A DNA stretch of 63,945 nt, filler included, from Pseudomonadota bacterium (GTDB taxonomy: Bacteria; Desulfobacterota; Desulfobacteria; Desulfobacterales; JBDRRP01): assembly GCA_043825735.1 (NCBI GenBank). It is 9 parts of 9 records of this genome, joined end to end, with 100 filler letters (N's around TTAATTAATTAA, not from the genome) between each part and the next. Parts side by side here need not be neighbours in the genome. Positions count along the whole stretch, not along the records: positions 1 to 16,918 come from JBDRRP010000114.1; positions 17,019 to 26,047 come from JBDRRP010000123.1; 7 more parts are not named here. One strand, written 5' to 3'. Within the stretch, counting starts at the first letter, position 1. Every line of letters begins with the position of its first letter. The position numbers were made by a program, and so were the translations under genes. Below, one piece after another: positions 9,750-19,127 of this stretch. Below the pieces are notes generated by a model. The model was given only the letters and a program-made list of their open reading frames with translations. It was not told the DNA's origin and did no database searches.

Positions 9750-10250
9750 GGTATTATCCTGATATTTTTTGCCGATCCAGCACGCGACGAAATGTGCCGG
9801 ACAGCGCGTTTACCATCAGTGGTTTGTGCCGGCAGACCTTGGCGCGCTGCGCCCGGGAGCGTCCCGCGCCGTCCTGCCGCTTGTTTTAAAAAGGATGACG
9901 GAAAGAAGATGCATTCCTGCAGAATTTCCCTGGCGCGTGTCCGTCCACTCCAGCAGGACCGGCTGGCGTGCCAGAGCCCCTACTATGGGGAGGGCGGGTT
10001 GTCAAACCGACCCGGAGCCATGTTCCCAGGGGGGGCAATCGTGGTCCGGCGCAAGATGAAACAGCGAAAAAACCGCCGCGAGCGTCAAATGGCAAAATAC
10101 CCCGCTTCGCTGCCAGGAGCGGCCGCAGCCGATGTCGACTGAATGAAACCGATTGTCCAGCGGTATAATATTTATTGAGATTTCGTGGAGTGGATTGTAA
10201 TCATGGAGCGAACGCATGGATGAGCGAAACCGCGAGTACGCCAAGACGCC

Positions 10251-10544
10251 ATGAACCTGATACTGGATCTGTCGCGCCATTGCATCGAAACCGAAGTCCG
10301 GCGACAGTATAACCGGGCGGTTTCCGACTATTTCTGCCACAACGGCGATCCCCGGCTGCTCGAAGCGGTCATCAGTTTGACACAACAGTGCTTGGAGCGA
10401 CTTGATTTTTCAGTCTTGCGCCATCGTTTCCCGTCGTTGGCGGGCCGCACACCGGCTGAGGTCGTGGTAAGTATGGAAGACGATGCCATCCACATCACCA
10501 TTGACGCTCACCCCATTACCCCGGTCATGCGAAGCAGTGCTTGA
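10251..10544 (+). CDS. Hypothetical protein
   Basis: 97-aa ATG ORF with plausible composition, directly upstream of the phosphoesterase gene. Confidence 0.6.
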   Translation: MNLILDLSRHCIETEVRRQYNRAVSDYFCHNGDPRLLEAVISLTQQCLERLDFSVLRHRFPSLAGRTPAEVVVSMEDDAIHITIDAHPITPVMRSSA

Positions 10545-10571
10545 GGCCGGGCACCATTGAAAGGACATAGT

Positions 10572-11909
10572 ATGCGCGTTGTGCTCAGTCGCCTCGGGTT
10601 GGGGTTTATTGTGTTTGCCTGCCTGCTTTCTTGCGCGTCCCCGGAAAGGGTTGCCGATTTAATACTGCCAGGCCCGCCGGTGACGGTCCCGGAAACGACC
10701 TTTGCCGTATTTTCCGACCCGCATTATTACGATCCCAGCCTGGGGACCGAGGGCGCCGCCTACCAGGCGTACCTGATCAGCGACAGAAAGCTTTTGAAGG
10801 AAAGCGGTGAACTCTTCGATGCCGTCGTGAGCGCGGTGGCGGCAACGCCCGTCCAGTTCGTTCTGGTCTGCGGCGACCTGACCAAGGACGGCGAAGCGTC
10901 CGGTCATCACACGGTAGCCGGCAAGCTTCGGCGGCTCAAGGATGCCGGGAAAACCGTTCTGGTCGTCCCCGGCAACCATGACGTGATGAACGGAGCGGCC
11001 GTGCGGTATGTGGGTGAGGGCACCGAGCCGGTGCCGACGGTGACCGCGGCCGAGTTTGCCGAAATTTACGCCGATTTCGGATACGGCGCGGCTATCGAGC
11101 GGGACCCGGCGTCATTGAGCTATGTGAGCGAGCCGGTGGCTGGGCTCTGGGTACTGGCCCTTGACACCTGCTTGTACCGGGATAACCGTCCGGGGCACCA
11201 TCCGCTCACCGGCGGGGCGTATTCCAAGGAAACCGTGCCGTGGATCGTGGACGTCCTGAACCGCGCCCGGGCCGCTCAAAAGGCGGTCATTGTGTTCCAG
11301 CACCACGGGGTGATGGAGCACTATCCCAACAATGAAAAGTACTATAAAAAATACATGGTGGATGACTACGAGGCGATGGGAAATATGCTTTCCCGCGGCG
11401 GCGTATCTCTGGTGTTCACCGGACACTTTCATGCCCAGGACATCACGCAGAAAGCTTTTGACGACGGCGCCCGGGTTCTCTACGATATTGAAACCGGATC
11501 CACGGTCACGGCCCCCTGCCCCTACCGATTGGTTACCATCACGGCCGCCCGGCAGGCAGTGATCGAGAGCCGTTTTATCACCAGCATCCCATCCCACCCC
11601 GAGGGGTTTTCCGCCTTTACAGAAGACTATCTTTTCACCGGCACCCTTGAGCTCGCCGATGAGGCGTTAAAGAAATACATGGTGGGTGAGAAGGACCGGC
11701 AATTGTTCAATCCCCAGGTCGCCGCGGCTTACGCGACCCACCTCAAAGGCGATGAACCCAAACCGGTGCCGGCGCTGGACACTTCCGGCGCGGGGTTCTG
11801 GGGCCGATTTGTCTTCTCCATGCAGGCCGATCTTTTGACTGGTTGGTATACGGATCTGCCGCCAGCCGATCATAACGTGGTCCTCGATCTGGTGCGCGCG
11901 CCGAAGTAG
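10572..11909 (+). CDS. Calcineurin-like metallophosphoesterase, lipoprotein
   Basis: SDPH, GDLT, GNHD, HH and GHFH motifs; lipobox-like LLSC. Confidence 0.9.
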   Translation: MRVVLSRLGLGFIVFACLLSCASPERVADLILPGPPVTVPETTFAVFSDPHYYDPSLGTEGAAYQAYLISDRKLLKESGELFDAVVSAVAATPVQFVLVCGDLTKDGEASGHHTVAGKLRRLKDAGKTVLVVPGNHDVMNGAAVRYVGEGTEPVPTVTAAEFAEIYADFGYGAAIERDPASLSYVSEPVAGLWVLALDTCLYRDNRPGHHPLTGGAYSKETVPWIVDVLNRARAAQKAVIVFQHHGVMEHYPNNEKYYKKYMVDDYEAMGNMLSRGGVSLVFTGHFHAQDITQKAFDDGARVLYDIETGSTVTAPCPYRLVTITAARQAVIESRFITSIPSHPEGFSAFTEDYLFTGTLELADEALKKYMVGEKDRQLFNPQVAAAYATHLKGDEPKPVPALDTSGAGFWGRFVFSMQADLLTGWYTDLPPADHNVVLDLVRAPK

Positions 11910-12126
11910 CCCCGCCCCTCCAGCAGCAATTTGAAGCGCAAGCCGTGGCCGGTATCCCGGATCTGGACCGGGCCGTGACCGGTAAATCGACCGCGGCCGC
12001 CGAGACCCGGCGGGCGCCTGCTGCCGGTCCGAAGTTAAAGCTTATTAACGAATCGCCGATATACCGGTTAACGTCGGAAATTATGCCGCCGTCATCATTT
12101 GGGATTTCAGAGAACCGGGGCGGTTT

Positions 12127-13581
12127 ATGTACGCGGAACTGGTAAAAATCGGAACAAGCCTGATGCTGCTCGCCGGGGCGGCGGTGATGGCCGCAAACGT
12201 GGTGCGGTTTCATCGTCTGTTGCGGCGGCACCAGCATTTAAAAGACTGCGCGACCGGCACGTTGAATCGTATCTTCTCCGTCCACAAAGTGTTGATGGTT
12301 TTCTTTGTTTTCGGTTATCTGGCGGTCTTCGGTGCCACGATCAGCGCAGTGTCGTTTGTGAGCGAGACCCTGGTGGGGGTCATCTTTTTGTCCGGGGCGG
12401 TATTCGTTTTACTGGGCATCGAAGTACAAAACCGCATGCTCAAGGAATCCCGGCAGAACTATTTCCGGGCCATCAGAATGCTGGTGCGCGCCGTGGAGAT
12501 CAGGGATCCTTACACCATGGGGCACTCGGAACACGTAGCCAACCTGTGCATGCTGGTCCACGGCCAACTGCCGCAAACCGAGCAAAAAGGGATTGATGCC
12601 GAGCTGCTCCACAGCACCGCCCTGATGCACGATATTGGCAAAATCGGCGTTCCGGAGCGGGTGCTCAACAAACCCGGACGCCTCACCGACGACGAGTGGG
12701 CGTTGATTCGCCGACACACCACCATCGGCAAGGACCTGCTCTCTAAAATGTCCGTGTGCAGCTCGGTTCCCGAATGGGTGGTCTACCACCACGAGCGGAT
12801 CGATGGGAGAGGCTATCACGGCCTCGCCGGGCAGGGCATTCCCCTCGCTGCACGACTGATGGCTGTTGCGGACACCTATTCGGCCATCGTCACCGATCGC
12901 CCTTACCGCCGCGGGAAAACCCATTCGGATGCGGTATCCATCCTGCAGGCCAATGCCGGCACGCAGCTGGATGAAGACATCGTCGGCATTTTTTGCATGA
13001 TTCCTCAAGAGGTTGTGGCCGCGTGCCGGCCGCAGGCGCTGGCCCTGGATTTCATGCAAGAGATCGAGAAAATGGAGCAGCAGATGCTGCGGGGGGACGG
13101 GGCCTTGGGAGCGCACAGCATTCTCTCCGTTGAAGCCGGTGAGCGCTGGCTGCACCAAATGGCCCTGTTTTGCAGAAAGCGCGGTGAGCACTTGACGCTG
13201 GCCGCACTGCACCTGGAGGGGCTCAATGACCTGGAGCAGACCAGCGGCTACCATACGGTGGACGACTGCGTGGATCGGGTCGGCGCGTTGCTGATCGACA
13301 ACACCAGAAATACCGACGTGGTGGTACAATGCCGACGCGGTGTTTTCATCCTTGGTTTGCCGGAGTGCGCCGTGGATCTGGGGGTGAATCTGCTGGACCG
13401 GATTCACGGCGAAATTATCGCGGGACTTGAAGGCGCCGGCATTACACTGGATTCAGGCGTGTCCCGACGGTTGGTGGCCTACGACCCCGATGACGATGAA
13501 TCCTGGGGCGCGTTGACGGGGTTCCTCGTCGACCACTTCTCGGAAGCCGCTGACATCGCCCCCCAACGGCTCAGCGCTTAA
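12127..13581 (+). CDS. Membrane-bound HD-GYP cyclic dinucleotide phosphodiesterase with degenerate C-terminal GGDEF-like domain
   Basis: RDPYTMGHS, HDIGKIG, HHERIDGRGY, AVADTYSA and DRPYR motifs; N-terminal TM helices; C-terminal domain lacks GGDEF. Confidence 0.88.
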   Translation: MYAELVKIGTSLMLLAGAAVMAANVVRFHRLLRRHQHLKDCATGTLNRIFSVHKVLMVFFVFGYLAVFGATISAVSFVSETLVGVIFLSGAVFVLLGIEVQNRMLKESRQNYFRAIRMLVRAVEIRDPYTMGHSEHVANLCMLVHGQLPQTEQKGIDAELLHSTALMHDIGKIGVPERVLNKPGRLTDDEWALIRRHTTIGKDLLSKMSVCSSVPEWVVYHHERIDGRGYHGLAGQGIPLAARLMAVADTYSAIVTDRPYRRGKTHSDAVSILQANAGTQLDEDIVGIFCMIPQEVVAACRPQALALDFMQEIEKMEQQMLRGDGALGAHSILSVEAGERWLHQMALFCRKRGEHLTLAALHLEGLNDLEQTSGYHTVDDCVDRVGALLIDNTRNTDVVVQCRRGVFILGLPECAVDLGVNLLDRIHGEIIAGLEGAGITLDSGVSRRLVAYDPDDDESWGALTGFLVDHFSEAADIAPQRLSA

Positions 13582-13736
13582 GCTGGCCGCTCAAAATCCG
13601 AAATCCATCTCAAGCATTTTCAAACCGCCGTTTGGTATTACATTGTACGCGATGCGCCGTTTTCGCTTTCAGCGGCCTGACGCTTTTTCCAGTCGTGCCG
13701 TTTCCGGCATGTCTGTGTTGAGAGAAGGAGGTCCCC

Positions 13737-14426
13737 ATGAATCAGCCCCTTCATTCGAAGAAAGACCCGGGCCGGGCCGGTCATCGCATCACCGTCTGGG
13801 ACCTGCCCACACGGATCTTTCACTGGACCCTGGTGACGCTGGTGGGCATCTCATTGGCAACCGGGTATGCCGGCGGCAATTGGATGCTCTGGCACGTGCG
13901 CAGCGGCACTGCTCTTTTGGCACTTCTGGGGTTCCGGCTGGCCTGGGGTGTGGTGGGCGGCCGCCACGCCCGTTTTATTTCCTTCGTCCGCGGGCCGTCC
14001 GAGGTCTGGCGCTATGCCGCGTCACTGATACGAAAAGACGCGCCCAGACACCTGGGCCACAATCCCATGGGCGGGTGGTCGGTGCTGGCCATGCTGGGCG
14101 CCCTCCTGGTCCAGGTGGTGACCGGCCTTTTCGCCAATGATGACATTTTCACCGAAGGGCCGCTGTATCCTCTCGTCAGCAAAGCCACCAGCGATATGCT
14201 GACCGGGATTCACGAAATCAACCAGGGCGTGCTCATCACGCTGATCGTCCTTCATCTTGGGGCTATCTTCTTTTACCTGGTCGTCAAACGCGACAACCTC
14301 ATCGGGCCCATGATCACGGGCCGCAAGGACTGGCCCGAGGCAGCGCCCGCGTCGGAAGGCCGTTTGTGGCTGGCAGCGGTGATCGCGGCCGTCTCGGCGG
14401 CGGGGGTGTTTTTTCTCGTCCGTTGA
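13737..14426 (+). CDS. Cytochrome b (b561 / Ni-Fe hydrogenase b-type) domain protein
   Basis: VWDLPTRIFHW, GHNPMGGWSV and heme-ligand histidines in TM helices. Confidence 0.9.
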   Translation: MNQPLHSKKDPGRAGHRITVWDLPTRIFHWTLVTLVGISLATGYAGGNWMLWHVRSGTALLALLGFRLAWGVVGGRHARFISFVRGPSEVWRYAASLIRKDAPRHLGHNPMGGWSVLAMLGALLVQVVTGLFANDDIFTEGPLYPLVSKATSDMLTGIHEINQGVLITLIVLHLGAIFFYLVVKRDNLIGPMITGRKDWPEAAPASEGRLWLAAVIAAVSAAGVFFLVR

Positions 14427-14541
14427 GGAGGCTGCCGGCTGCACCAATTAACATAGAAAATCAAAAAGCGTTCTCCCGCTGAGACGCAGGGGCGCAGAGA
14501 AAAACACCATTGTAGTGGAAGGGCATTACGGGTCCAATGCT

Positions 14542-14571
14542 CGTAGGGGCGAAAAGTCATTCGCCCCTACG
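14542..14571. repeat. GTAG-type REP hairpin between convergent genes
   Basis: CGTAGGGGCGAA-AAGTCA-TTCGCCCCTACG perfect 12-bp stem. Confidence 0.7.
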
Positions 14572-14671
14572 AAGTGAGATCCCTGCAGGGTTTCTGATGT
14601 CACGAGGCGGGAGCCATCGTGACGAGAAAGAAAAGCGATATAAACCTAACGCAGGCGAAACCGGCGGTAGT

Positions 14672-15127
14672 TTATTTTCGATAGGTCCCGTGGCAGGCCT
14701 TGCAGCTTTTTGCCGTTTCGCCGAACGTGCCTTTGGCGGCGTCCAGATCGCCCTTTTCAGCGGCCGCCGCCAGCGATGCCGCCGCTGCATGAAAGTCTTT
14801 GGAGAGGGCCATAAAAGCGGCTTTCTCCTTCAAGGCGGATTCTTTGAGCGTGGTGTCGCCCATCGCAGAACCTTCCGCCAGCGCTTCTTCCCACGCGGCA
14901 TCGGAGACCGCGGCCACAATCATTGCATCCCGTTCAAAAGCCGCTTTGTCGTAGGCCATTTTGCCCTGGACCACGGCGCCCATGGACTTGAAATGGTATC
15001 CGATGAGTTGCATCGCGGACTTGCGATACCTGACGGCATCCGCTGGGTTGGAAAACCCGGCGTAGGCCATGCCGATACCGACAAGCACGACGAGTCCCAA
15101 TATCGACAGCCTTGTCAATGTTTTCAT
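14672..15127 (-). CDS. Cytochrome c' (class II, c556-like)
   Basis: Signal peptide, AVRYRKSAM, C-terminal CKACH heme motif; GGAGG RBS. Confidence 0.9.
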   Translation of the reverse strand: MKTLTRLSILGLVVLVGIGMAYAGFSNPADAVRYRKSAMQLIGYHFKSMGAVVQGKMAYDKAAFERDAMIVAAVSDAAWEEALAEGSAMGDTTLKESALKEKAAFMALSKDFHAAAASLAAAAEKGDLDAAKGTFGETAKSCKACHGTYRK

Positions 15128-15190
15128 GGTGCCTCCTGTGGTGTAATAATGGTTGGGGCGGGACAGCCAATGGTCGCAATCTCTTATGTT

Positions 15191-15480
15191 TAGTGCCGGC
15201 CCATAAGGGCATCTTTGCCTTAGAACCCCTGCGCTTCGCTTAGGGGTCCAGGCGAACTGCTGGCCCAGAGCGGCGTTTTTAAGCCCCCTGAACACCGCGG
15301 GGGCTTACCGGTAAGTCATTGGGCCATTTAGATTCGCTCGCGATTGCTCGCTGAGCTGGCCCGCACTTTTCGAAATCCGCCGAAGGCGGACAAGTGCTCT
15401 GAACCACACGGTTTAATCCTGACGCCCAGCGCGCAGCGCAGGGTGTCCAAGGAAAATCTGCCATTTCTGGATGGACACTA
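15191..15480. repeat. MITE-like element (TAGTG..CACTA termini) with nested hairpin insertions
   Basis: Colinear blocks shared with 44487-44634, interrupted by extra hairpin modules. Confidence 0.75.
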
Positions 15481-15653
15481 TTTAGTGATAGATTAGCGTA
15501 TCTGTTCAGTCAGGACATTTCAAGTGAAAGCCGGTGCATGTTAGAAAATGCAATTGACCGGCATTGCAGATTGCGATAGTGAGCATGATAACTGCTTGGC
15601 TGAAGTCGGGCCGTTATCCTCTCAAATACTCGTCAGAACTCATTGAATAAGCC

Positions 15654-15755
15654 ATGAAGGCGGTACATCCCATAAATTTTGGGTACTTCTTCTATGCTTT
15701 TTTGTCGCGTTTTATCAGCGTCGGAATGAATCCCGCACTATTCGCTTCATTCTAA
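15654..15755 (+). CDS. Putative 33-aa leader peptide upstream of the porin gene
   Basis: MKAVHPINFGYFFYAFLSRFISVGMNPALFASF*, followed by a hairpin region (ACCTCA...AGGCTTGAAGCCT...TGAGGT). Confidence 0.3.
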   Translation: MKAVHPINFGYFFYAFLSRFISVGMNPALFASF

Positions 15756-15914
15756 ATAACCTCACGGCCCAACCACAGGCTTGAAGCCTCGGCGCCTGAG
15801 GTGTGTTCAAAGGAGACCGATGACATTTCGCTAAACGCAATTCATGACCACCAGGAGAACGTAACCCGTGCTGTTTAAAAATGACGCTTTAGTCGCATCA
15901 GGAAGGATTCGGAT

Positions 15915-16918
15915 ATGAAAAAGATGTTCGCGGGACTTTCAATTGCCGTTTTGTGCACAGGGGTGTTTATGGCTTCGTCTTTGCCGGCTTTCGGGCAGGA
16001 AAATCCCGATCCGAAAGCGCTGACGGAAGACGTCCGCAGGCTTCAGGAGCGTGTCGATCAGTTGGAACAGCAGTCTGCCGGTGATAAGACTTTGGCTGGG
16101 TGGTCGGAGAAGATCGCCATTCACGGCGTATTGGCGGGGGCGTACCAATATGAAAGCATCAGCGGCCCTGCCACTGCAGAATCGGTGGGCAGAGGGGCCG
16201 TGCCGCTGAAGGTTGATGTCAGTATTACCCCCAGCGACGCGGATGAAGTCTTTTTTTCTCTCGGTTTTACCGCAGGAAAAGGCCTCAGCGGCGTCACTGC
16301 GCTGAGTCTGTCGCCGTGGGCGGCCAACATGGAAGACGATGTTAAAAGCATCAACGGCAGAAATCGCGACTATCTGCTCACCGCGGGCTACAAGCATACT
16401 TTCACTCTGGGTGATGATGCCAGCCTAGGCGTAACGGGCGGCATCATCGACGCCACCGGGTATCTGGACCAGAACGCCTACGCCAACGACGAGTACACCC
16501 AGTTCATGAACACTGCGCTGGTCAATGGGCCCCATGGGTTCGCCCCCTCCTACGATCTCGGTGGTGCTGTGGAATTGGGATACGGGCCGATGTATGTCAA
16601 CGGCGTGGTGATGGACGTGGGCAAGAACGACGACGGCAACAATTACACCTTTTACGGCATGGAGATCGGATACACGCTTTCCACGCCGTTGGGGGAGGGG
16701 ACCTACCGGGTGGTTTACGAAGGCGGCAGCGAGGCTTTCATGAATCCAGCGGGCACGGCGCTGGAACGGCGACAGGCGCTGTTTCTATCCTTCGACCAGC
16801 AGGTGGCCGAGGGGTGGGGCGTGTGGATGCGGCTTGGCGCCCAGACCACCGATGCGGCCGTGAATTATGCCGACATCTACACCGGGGGCGTCGACATCAA
16901 GGGGGGACTGTGGGGCCG
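15915..16918 (+). CDS. Carbohydrate-selective porin (OprB-like), 3' truncated by gap
   Basis: Signal peptide, coiled coil, beta-strand pattern, DQNAYANDEYTQFMN motif. Confidence 0.8.
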
Positions 16919-17018
16919 NNNNNNNNNNNNNNNNNNNNNNNNNNNNNNNNNNNNNNNNNNNNTTAATTAATTAANNNNNNNNNNNNNNNNNNNNNNNNNN
17001 NNNNNNNNNNNNNNNNNN
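16919..17018. other. Artificial contig linker; identical linkers at 26048-26147, 29430-29529, 35112-35211, 49512-49611, 54986-55085, 57271-57370 and 61318-61417
   Basis: 100 nt of N with a central TTAATTAATTAA (stop codons in all six frames). Confidence 0.99.
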
Positions 17019-17019
17019 C

Positions 17020-17153
17020 AGTTTCGAATTGAGGGAGGCGGTCACATCCTATAATCCCCATTTTAGGCCTGAAAAGAGCGATATTGGGCAAGAAAACACC
17101 CTGTTTTGGGATAAAGTTTGAGCAATTATAGAGGGATAGCTTGGTGCGACCCC
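17020..17153 (+). mobile_element. 3' end of a probable Y1/RAYT-like transposase gene and element terminus
   Basis: Frame SFELREAVTSYNPHFRPEKSDIGQENTLFWDKV* (stop at 17121), then GGTGCGACCCC; located at a contig end; truncates the hicB gene. Confidence 0.4.
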
Positions 17154-17317
17154 AAGACGCAAATTGCTTCGATCAATTTTCGGGCGACATCGCGGGCGAT
17201 CTCAAGGGCCTCGGATGCTGTGCGTCCCTGGGCCACAAGCCCCTGGACATCTTCGGAGGTCGCAAGATAAACGCCTTCGGGCAGTTTTTCGATATGAATA
17301 TTGATGATTTTTTCCAT
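17126..17317 (-). pseudogene. HicB-family (DUF1902-like) antitoxin, C-terminus truncated
   Basis: MEKIINIHIEKLPEGVYLATSEDVQGLVAQGRTASEALEIARDVARKLIEA. Confidence 0.7.
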
Positions 17318-17319
17318 AT

Positions 17320-17475
17320 TCACCCCGTCGTTGATTTAGTCGCCTCAATAACAACTATAATTGTTTTAACGATTGTTTCCATTTTATGGCTGCCTCTTTG
17401 GCGGACGTCTTGGAATCTCAGAGCCTTGAAATCCTTGATGGCATCATCGCCCGAGATCTTGGGCAGTTCAGGCAA
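17320..17475 (-). pseudogene. HicA-family toxin remnant
   Basis: TTG-start frame MPELPKISGDDAIKDFKALRFQDVRQRGSH carries the HicA GSH motif, then diverges; its stop lies just before hicB. Confidence 0.6.
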
Positions 17476-17771
17476 TTATAAACATTTATCAATTTTGAGG
17501 CAACCTCGCCAACCGCAGCGTTTCTTCGAGCATCTGCAAGCGGTGCCGGTCGACGAAAATGGGCATCTATGGATTTTAAGAAGCGGTCCAGTTTTTCGAC
17601 ATGATCATCAGTCCGGCGGTGAACGATATCCAGATCGAACGTCGTTACCGGAGCCCCTTGTGCAACGGCTGCAATGCCACCGACAATGATGAACTCGACC
17701 CCGGCCTGGCTGAGCCCCTTAATCAGGGCGCTCAGGTTCAGTATCGGCGGCTTTTTGGTTTGCAAGGGCAT
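17418..17771 (-). pseudogene. Truncated nucleotidyltransferase (TA-type)
   Basis: GVEFIIVGGIAAVAQGAPVTTFDLDI motif; similarity is lost after about 75 aa. Confidence 0.7.
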
Positions 17772-17892
17772 TTCGTAATTCCAGAATCGTCAGCGCGGCC
17801 TGCTCGTTTGACAAAATGCGCGCTTCCGGCGTCATTTGCAGAAACATCCGGATCATGCTCACATCCACTTCGTTGAATTGATCGTCTTTCAC
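17719..17892 (-). CDS. Small partner protein (57 aa) preceding the nucleotidyltransferase
   Basis: AAGGAGG RBS, GTG start, MKDDQFNEVDVSMIRMFLQMTPEARILSNEQAALTILELRNA...; overlaps the NTase start. Confidence 0.55.
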   Translation of the reverse strand: MKDDQFNEVDVSMIRMFLQMTPEARILSNEQAALTILELRNALANQKAADTEPERPD

Positions 17893-18027
17893 GACAAAAT
17901 CTCTGCCTCCTTCTTTGTCACCATTGAATTCTTATCATCGATGCCCCTTTTGAGTCGAGTCATTCCCGTGGTGATCGATCCATCCTGTGCTACCGGATGC
18001 AATCATGTCGACAAGTGTTGCTCTGAG

Positions 18028-18159
18028 TTAAGGCACCAGCGGCCAGATGATCCCCAGCCCCAGCATGGTGGCACCCACCGAGACGGACAGCCAGAACAGG
18101 TCCCGGGGTGACATGGGGGTGTGGTCATCGGTGCCAATGATGCGGCCGCTGCGCTTCAT
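18028..18159 (-). CDS. Small single-TM protein (43 aa) coupled to the ABC operon
   Basis: ATGA overlap with the upstream stop; hydrophobic C-terminus LFWLSVSVGATMLGLGIIWPLVP. Confidence 0.45.
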   Translation of the reverse strand: MKRSGRIIGTDDHTPMSPRDLFWLSVSVGATMLGLGIIWPLVP

Positions 18160-19127
18160 GAGGACAGGGGATAGTGACAGGCTACTTGTCTTTGTGGTTC
18201 GTGTTCCGTCAGTGACGGTACGAGCGCGCGGCATCGATCGCGCGCCCGGTCACACCGCGTGTGATACCGGCATCCGGGCGGCGGTGCGATGGGGGAGGGG
18301 GGGGCCCCGTTGGTGGCGGCAGATCGTTTTGCGAGTGTGCGGTCTGGGTCCGGGGACGGCACCGCGGCAAGGAGGGCGGACGTGTAGGGATGCCGCGGCG
18401 ACCGGTAGAGGCTTTCCACATCGGCCGTTTCGCAGATGCGGCCCATGTACATCACCGCCACCCGGTCGCAGATGTTTTTGATCACCGCCAGGTCGTGGGA
18501 GATAAACAGCATGGTCAGACATCGGTATGTTTTGATCTTTCGCAGGAGATTGAGGATCTGCGCCTGCACCGATACGTCCAGCGCGCTCACCGGCTCATCG
18601 CAGATCAGCAGCCGGGGGTTGGTGATCAGTGCCCGGGCGATGCCGATGCGCTGGCACTGGCCCAGCGAGAATTCAAAGGACCGGCGGTTGAATGCGTTAT
18701 CCGGATCGATGCCCACTTCATACATCAGCGACCGGGCGGCCTCATGGCGGGCGCGCCGATCGGCCCGGCCCAGGACGCGCAGCGGCTCTGCCACGGTCTT
18801 TCCCACGGTGCGGCCGGGGTTGAGCGCGCCGGCGGCGTCCTGAAAAATCATCTGGATATCGGGCCGGATCTCCCGGAGGCGCCGGGCGCTGCATTCCAGA
18901 AGATCCTCGCCATCGAAAAGAATGCGACCGGCTGTCGCCGCCTGGAGATTGACGATGGTCCGCGCAACGGTGGTTTTACCGCACCCGGACTCGCCGACCA
19001 GCCCCAGGGTCTGACCGCTATCGATGTGAAAGGACACGCCCGAGACGGCGTGTACCGCTGCCGTGCGGCTCAGACGAAATTCGACGCAGAGGTCCTGCAC
19101 CGTAATCAGTGGCGCCGTTAGGGTCAT
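18156..19127 (-). CDS. Peptide/nickel ABC transporter ATP-binding subunit (OppF/DppF-like)
   Basis: GESGCGKT, DEPVSALD, C-terminal GCRYHTRC oligo_HPY region. Confidence 0.92.
   Translation of the reverse strand: MTLTAPLITVQDLCVEFRLSRTAAVHAVSGVSFHIDSGQTLGLVGESGCGKTTVARTIVNLQAATAGRILFDGEDLLECSARRLREIRPDIQMIFQDAAGALNPGRTVGKTVAEPLRVLGRADRRARHEAARSLMYEVGIDPDNAFNRRSFEFSLGQCQRIGIARALITNPRLLICDEPVSALDVSVQAQILNLLRKIKTYRCLTMLFISHDLAVIKNICDRVAVMYMGRICETADVESLYRSPRHPYTSALLAAVPSPDPDRTLAKRSAATNGAPPSPIAPPPGCRYHTRCDRARDRCRALVPSLTEHEPQRQVACHYPLSS

Noticed and set aside
16919..17018. TTAATTAATTAA motif repeated eight times
   Set aside because: Artificial contig linker inside N runs; ORFs crossing these linkers are artefacts
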